A program made the position numbers and the translations under genes. Below are positions 46,454-55,755 of a DNA stretch of 64,000 nt, piece after piece; positions within the stretch are counted from its first letter, which is position 1; each line of letters starts with the position of its first letter. The DNA lies in IMG/VR virus record IMGVR_UViG_3300009157_000004; one strand, 5' to 3'. The notes below the pieces were generated by a model that was not told where the DNA came from, did no database searches, and saw only the letters and a program-made list of their open reading frames with translations. The stretch is from an uncultured virus (IMG/VR IMGVR_UViG_3300009157_000004). Taxonomy: Duplodnaviria; Heunggongvirae; Uroviricota; Caudoviricetes.

Positions 46454-46601
46454 CCTCTTCCGGAAGATCCGGACCGTGATAATCGTGCTCCTCGTCTTCC
46501 TGCCTATCTACTATACACCCCCGTCCGGAGCAGCAGTTACAGATATAATCGTCTATCCGTCCGTCCCCGTCGCACTCTGGGCATCGTTTTAAAATAGTCA
46601 T
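46404..46601 (-). CDS. DnaJ-type zinc-finger-like small protein
   Basis: CPECDGDG...CCSGRG. Confidence 0.6.
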   Translation of the reverse strand: MTILKRCPECDGDGRIDDYICNCCSGRGCIVDRQEDEEHDYHGPDLPEEDEYDDHCWEEGAHGKD

Positions 46602-49175
46602 CTAATCGTCCTCCCCTTTCATTAATCCCCACACCGTCCCTTCCTTAAAATCCACCGGCGTTGGGATTCCAATATTGGTGGTTGTTTCCATAACGCTTTT
46701 TGTCACCAGATTGCAAAAAACAACGTGTTGTTCTGGTATCTCATTAAGAAGTGCGTCGTGAATCTGGATCAAAGAGCGTATGTCAATCCCTTCGCTGCGT
46801 AACTGTCTATAAATTGGTGTCAGTTTGCCCATTGCTAACTTAATAATCCCTTGCGCGGAGGCCTGGATAGGCTGGTTCTGTGCCTGCCTGAGTGCGTCCA
46901 TTACTACCCACTTATTCGGGCTGTATACGCCCGGTGTCAGTTTAATCCTCCCAAACATATCTCTGACATAACCGTGTCTCCTGGCATAAGCATGGATCTC
47001 CGCAATATAATCCCGCACTCTGCTGAACCGGTCGAACCAGGCCTTGATCAGATCCTCGCACGCGGTTAGGGTCCATGTACTCGGATCGGCACCATCTTTG
47101 ATCAGGGTCTCCATCAGTCCCTGTGCTTCCGTACCGTAGGGAATTCCGAAGTTAACCCTCTTACAAGGCAACCGGTGCTTATACTTATCAATCTGAGATT
47201 CAGGTAATCCGAACACTTCACAGGCTGTCATTGTGTGAATATCCTTGCCATCCGTGAACGTCTTAATCATCGAAGGTTCATTCGCCATTTTTGCTAGAAG
47301 TCTAAGTTCTATCTGCGAATAGTCTCCCTCAACTAGCACATACCCCTCTTCCGCAACAAATCCCTCCCGCATCTTCCGGCCCTCTTCATCCTGGTTAGGC
47401 ACTGCCATCAGGTTAGGCTCTGCGGTCGATAGCCGGCCCGTGTCTGCGCGCGTGACCTTAATCTTAGGGTGGATACGCCCATCTGCCGCGATTCGATTGG
47501 GCATAGGCCCTGAGTACGTGTTAATCAGTTTATCATACCCTCGCCAATCCCTAATCACCTCAATAACCGGATGCGTCCCCTGCAACATCGCGAGTACCTT
47601 ATCATCTGCCTGCTCCAGCCCTGTCTTCGTAAACTTTACTGCTTTCAGGCCCAGGTCCTCGAATAACAACTTGCGCACCTGTTGATGACTCCCTAATTGC
47701 ACATCCCGGTCTGTCAACTCGTACACTTTCTTCTGTAACAATTCTTTCTTAGTATTGTAATATTCTGTTAGAGATCGGAACTTGTCCGGGTCTGCCTTGA
47801 TCCCATGCTCCATCATGCCCATAACCATAGGGAGTATACTAACATCCATCCAGAATACGTCTTCAAGCTCTAATTCGTGTATTCTGGGCCACAGGTACTC
47901 GTAGACTGCCAATGTCATCTCAGCGTCTTGGCAGGCGTACTTAAGCGCGTCCTCGAAGGGGATATCACACAGTTCGCCATCAGGCATCAGCCCGAACTTA
48001 GCCTCCGCGATCCCTCTGCCCTCGTTTGGGTCTATGTTCAGCCAGCGTTCGCGTAATTCGATATCCGGACTCTTTGAATAATCGCTTAAGATCCTGGTCG
48101 CTTTTTTATTAATCGGCCAGGGGTTCTTGACCTTCCAGACACCTTTGGCTTGATAGGGTATCGCTTCGGGCTTAGGCCAGGATTCAGAGGCGATAAGACA
48201 TAAGTAATCCAGTGCTTTCTGCTGCCGGGCTGGGCGGATTGTCTCCTCGTAACTGAACATCCGACGGCCAGTAACCCGGTACGCCAAGGCCTTGAGGCCC
48301 TGCGGCTCGTCCTGGAGCAGATAGGCGAGAATCATAGTATCCACTATCTTATCCGGGATCAGCCCCATATCCTTCAGCACAGGTAGATCGTAGAGTGCAT
48401 TATGCAACAGGACCGTAATGTTGTTCGTACGGATATAGTTGTCCAACTGGGCAATAAGCGGGTTATCTGCCAATAAGAAATATGCCTTGCCGTGTTCCCA
48501 GCACGCGGTCAGGTTCCAGCCCTTCCCCCTGGCCCATTCAGTATCTATTGCAATCACTTTCGGCGGCTGTTCAGGAAACGTGAACGTGTGTGCTTCGTAT
48601 ACAGGCGTCGAAGTATCCCAGTAAATCGCTGGTTTAGGCTTAACCTGGCCATACATAATCTTGACTACCTGCTTATAATCGTTCTGGCATAGGGCCATTA
48701 TCTCAGGGCGGTGTAATCCTGCCGCTGGGTGATAACAGGGGATAATCGTCCGGCCATTGATCTTGTAGCCGATACCGTGGCAGAGTTCCATGTCCAGGTC
48801 CGGGATAAACTTATGTGTGGCCAAGGCACCCAGGCAGACGATGATCGAGGGATCTACTAGTCGGATCTCCTCGTTCAGCCAGTATGAGCATGCTTTCACG
48901 CATTCCTCATCCGGGTCCTCATCATCGGGCACCCTGCACTTAACTATATTCGTGGTATAGGTATCTTTGCGGTTCAGCCCGTTGCGCCGTAGATATGCTG
49001 TGTGCTCTTCCCCAGCTTTAGCTTTCTCGACAAAGGGCCTGCCTGTGCTGTCTTCCCACTTCCCAGGGCCTTCGCCAATAAACATAATCCCGGCGTCTTC
49101 GGGGCCTTCACCCCATACTATCTTACGCCGGGATTTGGATAATTTACAAAGATTGCATGTGTTTGCGAGTTTCAT
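46602..49175 (-). CDS. polA: family A DNA polymerase with N-terminal family-4 uracil-DNA glycosylase domain
   Basis: CNLC/GEGPG/TNIVKC/YHPAA (UDG4); IDTEW, HNALYD, YACQD (3'-5' exo); TGRLS, DYSQIELR, KRVNFGIPYG, QIHD (PolA). Confidence 0.93.
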   Translation of the reverse strand: MKLANTCNLCKLSKSRRKIVWGEGPEDAGIMFIGEGPGKWEDSTGRPFVEKAKAGEEHTAYLRRNGLNRKDTYTTNIVKCRVPDDEDPDEECVKACSYWLNEEIRLVDPSIIVCLGALATHKFIPDLDMELCHGIGYKINGRTIIPCYHPAAGLHRPEIMALCQNDYKQVVKIMYGQVKPKPAIYWDTSTPVYEAHTFTFPEQPPKVIAIDTEWARGKGWNLTACWEHGKAYFLLADNPLIAQLDNYIRTNNITVLLHNALYDLPVLKDMGLIPDKIVDTMILAYLLQDEPQGLKALAYRVTGRRMFSYEETIRPARQQKALDYLCLIASESWPKPEAIPYQAKGVWKVKNPWPINKKATRILSDYSKSPDIELRERWLNIDPNEGRGIAEAKFGLMPDGELCDIPFEDALKYACQDAEMTLAVYEYLWPRIHELELEDVFWMDVSILPMVMGMMEHGIKADPDKFRSLTEYYNTKKELLQKKVYELTDRDVQLGSHQQVRKLLFEDLGLKAVKFTKTGLEQADDKVLAMLQGTHPVIEVIRDWRGYDKLINTYSGPMPNRIAADGRIHPKIKVTRADTGRLSTAEPNLMAVPNQDEEGRKMREGFVAEEGYVLVEGDYSQIELRLLAKMANEPSMIKTFTDGKDIHTMTACEVFGLPESQIDKYKHRLPCKRVNFGIPYGTEAQGLMETLIKDGADPSTWTLTACEDLIKAWFDRFSRVRDYIAEIHAYARRHGYVRDMFGRIKLTPGVYSPNKWVVMDALRQAQNQPIQASAQGIIKLAMGKLTPIYRQLRSEGIDIRSLIQIHDALLNEIPEQHVVFCNLVTKSVMETTTNIGIPTPVDFKEGTVWGLMKGEDD

Positions 49176-49648
49176 GCACTTGCCTTTGGTTTACTCGGCC
49201 GAGGACTCCAAGGCAATTCGGCAATCGCAAGCGCATACTTCTGGGCAAGTTTGGGGCTTTTCACGTCCCACCACTTGTCGAATAAAGTCGTGCCACAGGT
49301 ACAGGGTTCATCAAATTCTTTAGATTTCCCTCCCCAGTCAATAGGGCAACACTTACAGATGTCACGATGTCTAAATTCAGACCCATAACGGGTTGCGGCT
49401 TCAACACACGCATAACAGTAGGGATAGTCTATGATTGCGAATCCCAATGTCATGCGAGCCCTCTCCTTCGCGCTGTGATTTCGGTCCACCCATCTTATGA
49501 GTTTATATCTGGCGATCTTTTTCCAGACCGCAATATGTCGTCTATGGTTTTCTCGATTACTGTTCATTATGATCCTCCTATGATTCCGTATTACCTTTCT
49601 CGAACCCTGTCTGATAAGAATCCTGAAGACATTTCTCGCAGGGTTCAA
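49172..49648 (-). CDS. hypothetical Cys-containing protein
   Basis: CYAC...CKCCPIDW; likely start is MNSNRE (GGAGG RBS). Confidence 0.6.
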   Translation of the reverse strand: MNPARNVFRILIRQGSRKVIRNHRRIIMNSNRENHRRHIAVWKKIARYKLIRWVDRNHSAKERARMTLGFAIIDYPYCYACVEAATRYGSEFRHRDICKCCPIDWGGKSKEFDEPCTCGTTLFDKWWDVKSPKLAQKYALAIAELPWSPRPSKPKASA

Positions 49649-49763
49649 CGATTAACCTTCTTGATTTGCCGCATCTCTCTTCTGTCCTGCTCTGGTTGCA
49701 TAATCCTGCACCACAAGAACAGTATACCTCGAACTCAATCTCTTCTCCGCTAAATGATGGCAT
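49578..49763 (-). CDS. small zinc-ribbon protein
   Basis: YCSCGAGLCNQ...PCEKC; GGAGG RBS. Confidence 0.65.
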   Translation of the reverse strand: MPSFSGEEIEFEVYCSCGAGLCNQSRTEERCGKSRRLIVEPCEKCLQDSYQTGFEKGNTES

Positions 49764-49832
49764 ATTTATCCTCCCAATGCTAATTTTAAGATGTATATCA
49801 TTACCGCAGCGTACATGAACGCTACCCAGTAT

Positions 49833-50450
49833 CTATATAGCCATTTCGGGTCCATGTACGCCCCCTGCCTGATTGAGTATTTCGCTATACTCCTCTACGG
49901 CCTCTGCCCTTTTCTTCTCTCTGTGCCGCTTCTCAATCTCTCTTCTGATCTGCCTCTGGTGTTCCGGATCTGAGCGCATCCCGTCCCAGTCAAACTCGGA
50001 GATATACTTAAGCAGGACCTCAAACTCGCACCAAAGGATCTGAATCAAGTTACCATACAAAGGGAGCTTTGACTCGGTTTGTCTGTTAACGCACCCGGAG
50101 CAGGTCATAAGCGCAGCGAGCTTTGAGTCGCTCAGATCTCCCAGGTCAGTCGTGTTCTTATATCTGAGATAGTGATTCCAGGCTTCTAGGGCATACTCCT
50201 GGCGTCTTTGGCAAGCGCGGCAGGATATCCGGGCATTAAGTGAAGTACAGACAACCAGCTCCGGGTAATCAACCGAGAAGTCTGCGTCCTGTGGGAGGAC
50301 GTGGTCTTCTATTGAATTGAAAGGCGTTTCGGTATGCGGGTTATCAAAGCTCTGTCGGAGCCATTCCATCTTATCCGAATGATATAGGGCAGGCTTGAAT
50401 TCCTCTGACGGTGTGGTATAGGCGTTTATTACTCCGAAATGTCCGGGCAT
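49833..50450 (-). CDS. hypothetical protein
   Basis: 205 aa, GGAGG RBS, CRAC and CSGC. Confidence 0.65.
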   Translation of the reverse strand: MPGHFGVINAYTTPSEEFKPALYHSDKMEWLRQSFDNPHTETPFNSIEDHVLPQDADFSVDYPELVVCTSLNARISCRACQRRQEYALEAWNHYLRYKNTTDLGDLSDSKLAALMTCSGCVNRQTESKLPLYGNLIQILWCEFEVLLKYISEFDWDGMRSDPEHQRQIRREIEKRHREKKRAEAVEEYSEILNQAGGVHGPEMAI

Positions 50451-50722
50451 GTGCTCACCTCCGTAGCCGTATTCTTCTGGGGCAGGTTAGGCTTCTTCTG
50501 GTCCATACCCAATTGTCTTCTGAGGCGTCGGTCCAGGCTGGTGAACTTCTTCATTATCCGGGCCTGTGCAAGTGACGCGTCCGGGTTCGCCTCATACTCG
50601 CGCTCTAACCTGGCCATCTTCTTGATCGCCCGGCGCTGGTGGCGGTTCAATCCGTCTTCCGGGGCCTGGTCGGGCATTTCGTCCACTTGTACCCCAGGGT
50701 GATTTGTTCCGTTGTCGTCCAT
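50429..50722 (-). CDS. hypothetical protein
   Basis: 97 aa, AAGGAG RBS, LNRHQRR motif. Confidence 0.6.
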   Translation of the reverse strand: MDDNGTNHPGVQVDEMPDQAPEDGLNRHQRRAIKKMARLEREYEANPDASLAQARIMKKFTSLDRRLRRQLGMDQKKPNLPQKNTATEVSTCPDISE

Positions 50723-50898
50723 TATCTTATCTCCTCCTTTTGCTCTTCGGGGAATCGGCGTATATCCTTCTCATGGACAAGTAGCCAGGCCCCCTTAGTT
50801 GTTAAGATCTCGCGCGTATAAGGCTTGTCGCCCTTACGCACCTCTAAAAAGTATCGCTGTTTCCCTTTGTCCCAGTATAATCCCGGTTTAGTTTTCAT
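50722..50898 (-). CDS. hypothetical protein
   Basis: GAGGG RBS then MKTKPGLYWD. Confidence 0.55.
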   Translation of the reverse strand: MKTKPGLYWDKGKQRYFLEVRKGDKPYTREILTTKGAWLLVHEKDIRRFPEEQKEEIR

Positions 50899-51182
50899 TG
50901 CACCCTCACCGGGAATTCCATAACCATTACGCCCTGAGATTCCAGCCATGCTGGGCAGTTGTCGCGCTTCTCACACGTCGCACACCCGAATACCTCCATC
51001 TGTTCGACCATAGACAATGACTGGAACGTGGCGACAATAAACAGGTTAATGTCAAGCAGCTCCTTGAACATGCCGTATACCTCTTCGGGCTTGTTCATGT
51101 CGAGCTGGCCGGATTCCTTCTTGACTGCTATCCCGGCCTCAATAAGCAGGTCCTTGAATTCCTCTGCGCGTGATTTAGCCAT
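50895..51182 (-). CDS. hypothetical protein
   Basis: 95 aa, AGGAGG RBS. Confidence 0.6.
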   Translation of the reverse strand: MAKSRAEEFKDLLIEAGIAVKKESGQLDMNKPEEVYGMFKELLDINLFIVATFQSLSMVEQMEVFGCATCEKRDNCPAWLESQGVMVMEFPVRVQ

Positions 51183-51366
51183 TCGTTTCGCCCTCCTGTC
51201 TGTATTCGGTTACCGCTTTGTTAAACTTGTCCGCGTCAATATGCAGCGTGACCTCATTATCGTGGCCGCCGATAAGAATTGATAATGGTTCATCGTGGCC
51301 AAATTGCCGGATTGAGAAGATGTCGCTCTTCTCTATGTCAAATATGCGTCTGGTTGATCGTTTCAT
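51175..51366 (-). CDS. hypothetical protein
   Basis: 63 aa, coupled to neighbours. Confidence 0.6.
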   Translation of the reverse strand: MKRSTRRIFDIEKSDIFSIRQFGHDEPLSILIGGHDNEVTLHIDADKFNKAVTEYRQEGETNG

Positions 51367-51548
51367 TACTCCCCTCCCTCCCTGTCATGCACGGTTTTTA
51401 CCAATACCCGGCCCATGTACTCTGCCTGGACATTGACTATCTCGTCAATATCCGTATCGGTCCAGGTGGCGTGTACGTCAACAATCGCCTTGTCAGCCGG
51501 GTTGTGAACGTTCTCAAAATGAAGCTCTTTAAGCGTTGATTTTACCAT
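51366..51548 (-). CDS. hypothetical protein
   Basis: 60 aa, AGGAG RBS. Confidence 0.6.
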   Translation of the reverse strand: MVKSTLKELHFENVHNPADKAIVDVHATWTDTDIDEIVNVQAEYMGRVLVKTVHDREGGE

Positions 51549-51568
51549 ATTAAATATACTCCTGTCAA
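51539..51568 (-). promoter_or_regulatory. sigma70-type promoter overlapping an RBS/start codon
   Basis: minus strand TTGACA-N18-TAAAAT with TG extension. Confidence 0.5.
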
Positions 51569-51579
51569 ATAGTTAATGT

Positions 51580-51741
51580 TTAAATCCGTACCCCCGATTG
51601 CCGCGCCAGGCTATACAGCGACTCGTCGTTCATTACCCACAATTCGCGCTCCTGGTTGTTGATCTTGCAATTAGGGCATACGGCGATAATTACCGCGTCA
51701 ATCTCTTCTCTGTATTCCTTGACGAATTGTTTGAGCGTCAT
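51580..51741 (-). CDS. hypothetical protein
   Basis: GGAGG RBS, MTLKQF...ERELWVMNDESLY. Confidence 0.65.
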   Translation of the reverse strand: MTLKQFVKEYREEIDAVIIAVCPNCKINNQERELWVMNDESLYSLARQSGVRI

Positions 51742-51806
51742 GCCTACCTCCGTTATACCCAGGGAGACGTTCATAGTCTCCCCGGCCTATGTTAGACTGT
51801 TAAAAT

Positions 51807-51974
51807 CTACCTATGGCAATATCCGGCTTCAATAAGAGCCGATGCTGTCCGGCCATAGCACCCTTGCAAACTCCAGGCCATACCATTATCAATTAATTCC
51901 TGAAACAGTTCGATGGTTCCGTCGTCGTCGAGTTCGCCCTCTTCCCAGGCTATCATTTTGTCAAGCTGGTCCAT
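51807..51974 (-). CDS. small conserved-looking phage protein (55 aa)
   Basis: AAGGAGG RBS, MDQLDKMIAWEEGELDDDGTIELFQELIDNGMAWSLQGCYGRTASALIEAGYCHR*; below ORF-track cutoff. Confidence 0.7.
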   Translation of the reverse strand: MDQLDKMIAWEEGELDDDGTIELFQELIDNGMAWSLQGCYGRTASALIEAGYCHR

Positions 51975-52253
51975 TATTTAGTCCTCCTTTTTAGATGTTA
52001 ATTTAAAACCTTCGAGCCTGCCTACAACTTACCAGGTCATAAGCAGGATTGAGGGTTTTAGCCCCCTAAGCGCATGAGATCACCTGCCTTTCTTATCAGA
52101 CGTTTGTACCCTCCCATATAATATAATCTTTAATAAGTACTCTGCTTTTCTGCATATTCTGAATGCGCTCCGCCGTGATATACCCATCCGAATAAGCATA
52201 CATGCTAAATTAAGCGGATTGAAATAATGTTGTAACATGGAGCGCGTCATAGC

Positions 52254-52466
52254 CTACACCTTCGCGGCCGCTGCCCAGTCCATAATAAATCGATAAAGCC
52301 CCAGGCCTGTCTTGTTACCGCTTGGCAGGTCCCAGCGGTCCCGATATCCCGGAGCACGCGTGAGTCCCAGGTTCTCTGCCAATATGTTGCCCCTAATCTC
52401 CTGAATCTGTTCCGGCGTCTTCCCGGCTTCCTCATTCAATCTCTTTAATGTCTCTAAATCGTGCAT
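52254..52466 (-). CDS. hypothetical protein
   Basis: 70 aa, GGAGG RBS. Confidence 0.6.
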   Translation of the reverse strand: MHDLETLKRLNEEAGKTPEQIQEIRGNILAENLGLTRAPGYRDRWDLPSGNKTGLGLYRFIMDWAAAAKV

Positions 52467-52469
52467 AGT

Positions 52470-52691
52470 CTATTCCTCCGTGGTGAATTCTGCTATAAGT
52501 TGACTTGATACGCACCAATTACTGCCCCCGGTTCTGTATACCCTGCATACGTCTTTCCCATCTATATGCTCCATTACTACCCTCGCGCCGATATTCCAGC
52601 CGCGGATATGCCCGGATATGCCTGAACTTTTGGTTCCCATACGCGTCGCCTCTCCTCTGTTGCCCTGTATTGCTGCATAGAATTGTGCCAT
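52470..52691 (-). CDS. hypothetical protein
   Basis: 73 aa, MAQFY...GNRGEATRMG...GWNIG...TGGSN. Confidence 0.7.
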   Translation of the reverse strand: MAQFYAAIQGNRGEATRMGTKSSGISGHIRGWNIGARVVMEHIDGKDVCRVYRTGGSNWCVSSQLIAEFTTEE

Positions 52692-52695
52692 TGTT

Positions 52696-53412
52696 TTAAT
52701 CCTCCCTTGTTTTAGTGTATACTATAAAATGAATATCAAATTGCCCCTTGCCTGTCAAGACAAATATGAAGTCAAGCTCCGGGTTCCTGTCCTGTATAGC
52801 CTCTGCAATCTTCTCAGGCTTATTATCTTGGCCTGGATAGAAGCCGCTTTCATAGCGTTCGGTGCCCCTGGTCCAGCCGTTAATTTCCAGTATAGCCTGA
52901 AAATCATCGGGCAGCGCTTTACGGTTGTCGTTTTTGAATTCGTCAATAATCTCCGGGAGACTGTTAGTATAACAATCCCGGCATATTATCGCGCAGCCAT
53001 CATTAATACGTACATAAGAAGGCAGCCATGAGTATGAATCCGGGCTTGTTCGGACCGCGCAGCCGCAGTCGTCGCAGGCTGTCCATTCGTCGCTCCATAA
53101 TACTTCAATATCCAGCTTGTTTTCAACAAAAGACTGCAATTTATCGGAGACTTTATTCCAATTAGCAGCTATGCCCGGCCTATCAGTACATCCCGGTTCG
53201 CTTATGCCCGGATAATCCATCGGATATGCGCCGTGCTCTTCCAGGTGCTTTATAATGTTCTCTAATACGATATCAGGATTGAATTCAGTCACGCGTGCTT
53301 CAATCGCATAGCAGTCGCGGCATAGGTCCTGGCCGTGATATGGCTTTAAGAATTCAGGCCCGATTGCTGTTTGTCCACACTTACACGTATTTGTCTGCAT
53401 AATGTCCTCCAT
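52696..53412 (-). CDS. hypothetical zinc-binding protein
   Basis: 238 aa, WSDEWTACDDC...SPDSYSW...YESGFYPGQ...GQFD. Confidence 0.7.
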   Translation of the reverse strand: MEDIMQTNTCKCGQTAIGPEFLKPYHGQDLCRDCYAIEARVTEFNPDIVLENIIKHLEEHGAYPMDYPGISEPGCTDRPGIAANWNKVSDKLQSFVENKLDIEVLWSDEWTACDDCGCAVRTSPDSYSWLPSYVRINDGCAIICRDCYTNSLPEIIDEFKNDNRKALPDDFQAILEINGWTRGTERYESGFYPGQDNKPEKIAEAIQDRNPELDFIFVLTGKGQFDIHFIVYTKTRED

Positions 53413-53673
53413 TTAGTTTGTTATTAATCGTGCTCTTTACTCCCCCTTCCAGGTCCTCGACTGGCTGAGGGATAAAAAGCAGGGTTAATCGTCAGTAAGC
53501 TCCCATTCAGGTTTAATATCCCATTCTGAGAACGGGCATTTATCAGGCGTGCCTTTTGCAATAGTCGCATCTACCTGACATTGATTCTCGCATTGTCTGC
53601 ATACCCAGCGCTGGTAATCTTTCTGCATAGTCTCTCCCTTGCCCGGATATCGCTCCGGGCGGCGCTTAATAGG

Positions 53674-54057
53674 TTAATCAATAAAAATCACTTCGCCCAC
53701 TAATAAGTCATATATCGCTTTCTGCCCGTTCGCGCGCCCTGCCTTAAAAGCCGCGTTCAGGTCCCCAAATAGACTGGCCACTTCGATGTAGCTGGTATCG
53801 GTGTCCGTGTCATACCAGGTGCCTAGCGCCGGGATAGAGAAGTAGTATTTGGGTACAGGCGTTTTGTCCGTTAACCAGTTATGCTGGACCTCTATCAAGT
53901 CGTCGTCGCTGATTATCGCGCCTTTCACTTCTTTTGTCAAGCGCGAATTAATAACGACGCTGAAAAATGCCACGCCTGCCAAATTGTGGCGACTGTCCAT
54001 TGTAAACGTGCTGCCGCCTGTCTCGTTATGTACCTTTACTTGGTCCTGTAATGACAT
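53674..54057 (-). CDS. first gene of minus-strand block; paralog of a module of the giant virion protein
   Basis: AAAGGGG RBS then MSLQDQ; GGSTF...GTWYD...YIEV...GQKAIYDL. Confidence 0.7.
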   Translation of the reverse strand: MSLQDQVKVHNETGGSTFTMDSRHNLAGVAFFSVVINSRLTKEVKGAIISDDDLIEVQHNWLTDKTPVPKYYFSIPALGTWYDTDTDTSYIEVASLFGDLNAAFKAGRANGQKAIYDLLVGEVIFID

Positions 54058-54099
54058 GTTATCCCCTTTCAAATAAGTATTAATCTCTGCCTATTATAT

Positions 54100-54140
54100 A
54101 GCATACTCCGTGCCAAACTGTAACCTATTGAAATCATTGA
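54100..54140 (-). promoter_or_regulatory. sigma54 (-24/-12) promoter with adjacent IHF-like site
   Basis: minus strand TGGCACGGAGTATGCT (GG-N10-GC); TTTCAATAGGTTA just upstream resembles WATCAANNNNTTR. Confidence 0.7.
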
Positions 54141-54330
54141 ACTCCCGTTTTCCAGACATTGCATAATTCAATGGACAAATCAGTAACCATTCCTATTTAG
54201 CCCAATCTATTAGTCTATTCAGCTAGTTATCGCCTTGCAAAGTTCAATGCCCGAATACCCCTATTTCTTGCAATCTGCAATCTAAAGACGGCTGGTCCAT
54301 GCCGCGACAAGCTGTCTATTACTCTCATCC

Positions 54331-54402
54331 CTGGACACGTTTGGACATCTTTGGACATCTATTCTCACCTGTGGACACCTGCACTATTTATTTCCCTGGA
54401 CG
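54331..54402 (+). repeat. TGGACA direct repeats upstream of terS
   Basis: TGGACA x3 at 10-bp period, a fourth at ~54373, and TGGACG-N17-TACACT (possible terS promoter). Confidence 0.65.
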
Positions 54403-54454
54403 GCGTATTACCTGCATAGTACACTAATACACTGAGACACAGGAGATGTAAAGC

Positions 54455-55102
54455 ATGTTAGAAGAGAAAAAAGTGCAATTTTTGCACTTATACGTTCGCA
54501 ATCTAAGTGTCAGAGCGTCCGCCCTTGCGGTAAATGTCGCGGAGTCTACAGCATGGGAATGGATGAAACATCCTGATATTGTTAAGTTATTAGAAGATTA
54601 TGCGGCAGTGCAGAATTCGCGGACAACTATTAACGTAGACAAGCTGGTGAAAGAGATTGCTATCCTGGCAAGTAGTGATGTCATGGATTATTTCGACTCA
54701 CATAAGGGGATATTGACGTTTAAAGACCTCAAGAGTCTGCCGCCGGAGATGACGCGTTGTATTAAATCGGTTGAAGAAACCGTGTCGCCCCAAGGCCAGG
54801 TCAAGCTTAAGATCCAGGTCCATGACAAGCTGGAGGCCATTGAACGGCTAACTAAGGTATTCGGGCTGGAGATGGAACGTGTGTTACTCGTCGATTCGAA
54901 CAACCAGGCGCTAGGCGTGGTAGGTACCGGCCAGCAGCAGGCGGCCCTCCCACCTGTCAATTCAATAGAAGACTGGGAAGCGCAGGTGCAGAGCGCGCGC
55001 AGGTCCCGGGATTCATTGCCCGGATTAAGCGCCCCTTTATCTCCGCCACGCACCCCGGATTCAGCGCCCACCAGCGCCCAGGTAATCGACATTGACCCCT
55101 AA
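54455..55102 (+). CDS. terS: terminase small subunit
   Basis: N-terminal HTH; IAILASSDVMDYF...IKSVEET...KLKIQVHDKLEAIERL. Confidence 0.8.
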   Translation: MLEEKKVQFLHLYVRNLSVRASALAVNVAESTAWEWMKHPDIVKLLEDYAAVQNSRTTINVDKLVKEIAILASSDVMDYFDSHKGILTFKDLKSLPPEMTRCIKSVEETVSPQGQVKLKIQVHDKLEAIERLTKVFGLEMERVLLVDSNNQALGVVGTGQQQAALPPVNSIEDWEAQVQSARRSRDSLPGLSAPLSPPRTPDSAPTSAQVIDIDP

Positions 55103-55251
55103 CCTACCCACACACACACGGGTTCAAATACCCGTTGACCCAGCCGATCACCTGACCGTAAATCCTAAGACCGGGGGGTGGCCCCCTCGATGGGGTGGGT
55201 GTATCGTAGAGAGGTTGGATCTCACACGATTTTTTAGAAAGGTAATCAGAG

Positions 55252-55425
55252 ATGCCGAACGATAAAGACATAAAAGTGACACGTACAGATTGGCCTACAA
55301 ACATGGATGAGTTTATTAAAAAGTTATGGGGGAAGAAGCAGGAGCTGGAGATGCAGGGGAACGAGGATTATTTCAGAAAGATGCAGATGGGGGACTGGGA
55401 GATAAAGAGGCCAGGGGAGAAATAG
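55252..55425 (+). CDS. small hypothetical protein
   Basis: MPNDKDIK...RPGEK*, AAAGG RBS; hand translated. Confidence 0.4.
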   Translation: MPNDKDIKVTRTDWPTNMDEFIKKLWGKKQELEMQGNEDYFRKMQMGDWEIKRPGEK

Positions 55426-55533
55426 GGATCTCAGCTGAAATTTTAAACACTTTTTCACATAGGGGTGTATTCGCAATTAGAAATAAGGCCCTGTAATTAT
55501 TTTTTTATAAAAAGGTATTCAAGGGAGGACGAG

Positions 55534-55641
55534 ATGGAGGATCACGATCAAATAATCCACTTACTGAAAGATATCAAATTTTTCGTAATGGTTATCTGGA
55601 TTCAAATCCTAGTTGTCTGGTTACTAGTTTTAGCGGTATAA
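55534..55641 (+). CDS. small single-TM peptide
   Basis: GGAGG RBS, MEDHDQIIHLLKDIKFFVMVIWIQILVVWLLVLAV*. Confidence 0.5.
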   Translation: MEDHDQIIHLLKDIKFFVMVIWIQILVVWLLVLAV

Positions 55642-55649
55642 GATATCCT

Positions 55650-55720
55650 GAGACAAGGTGACATGTACGACAAATGACATGTGGGACAAGGCGACAACTA
55701 GTCAACTAGTTAACTAGTAA
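55650..55720 (+). repeat. GACA iteron-like array and ACTAGT palindromes
   Basis: six GACA at 8-9 bp spacing, then AACTAGT x3. Confidence 0.7.
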
Positions 55721-55755
55721 GGCGGTGGCCGCGAACCGGTTCAGATCAGATTTTT

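Noticed and set aside
55107..55120. (CA)n microsatellite
   Set aside because: Too short to support phase variation and lies outside any gene.
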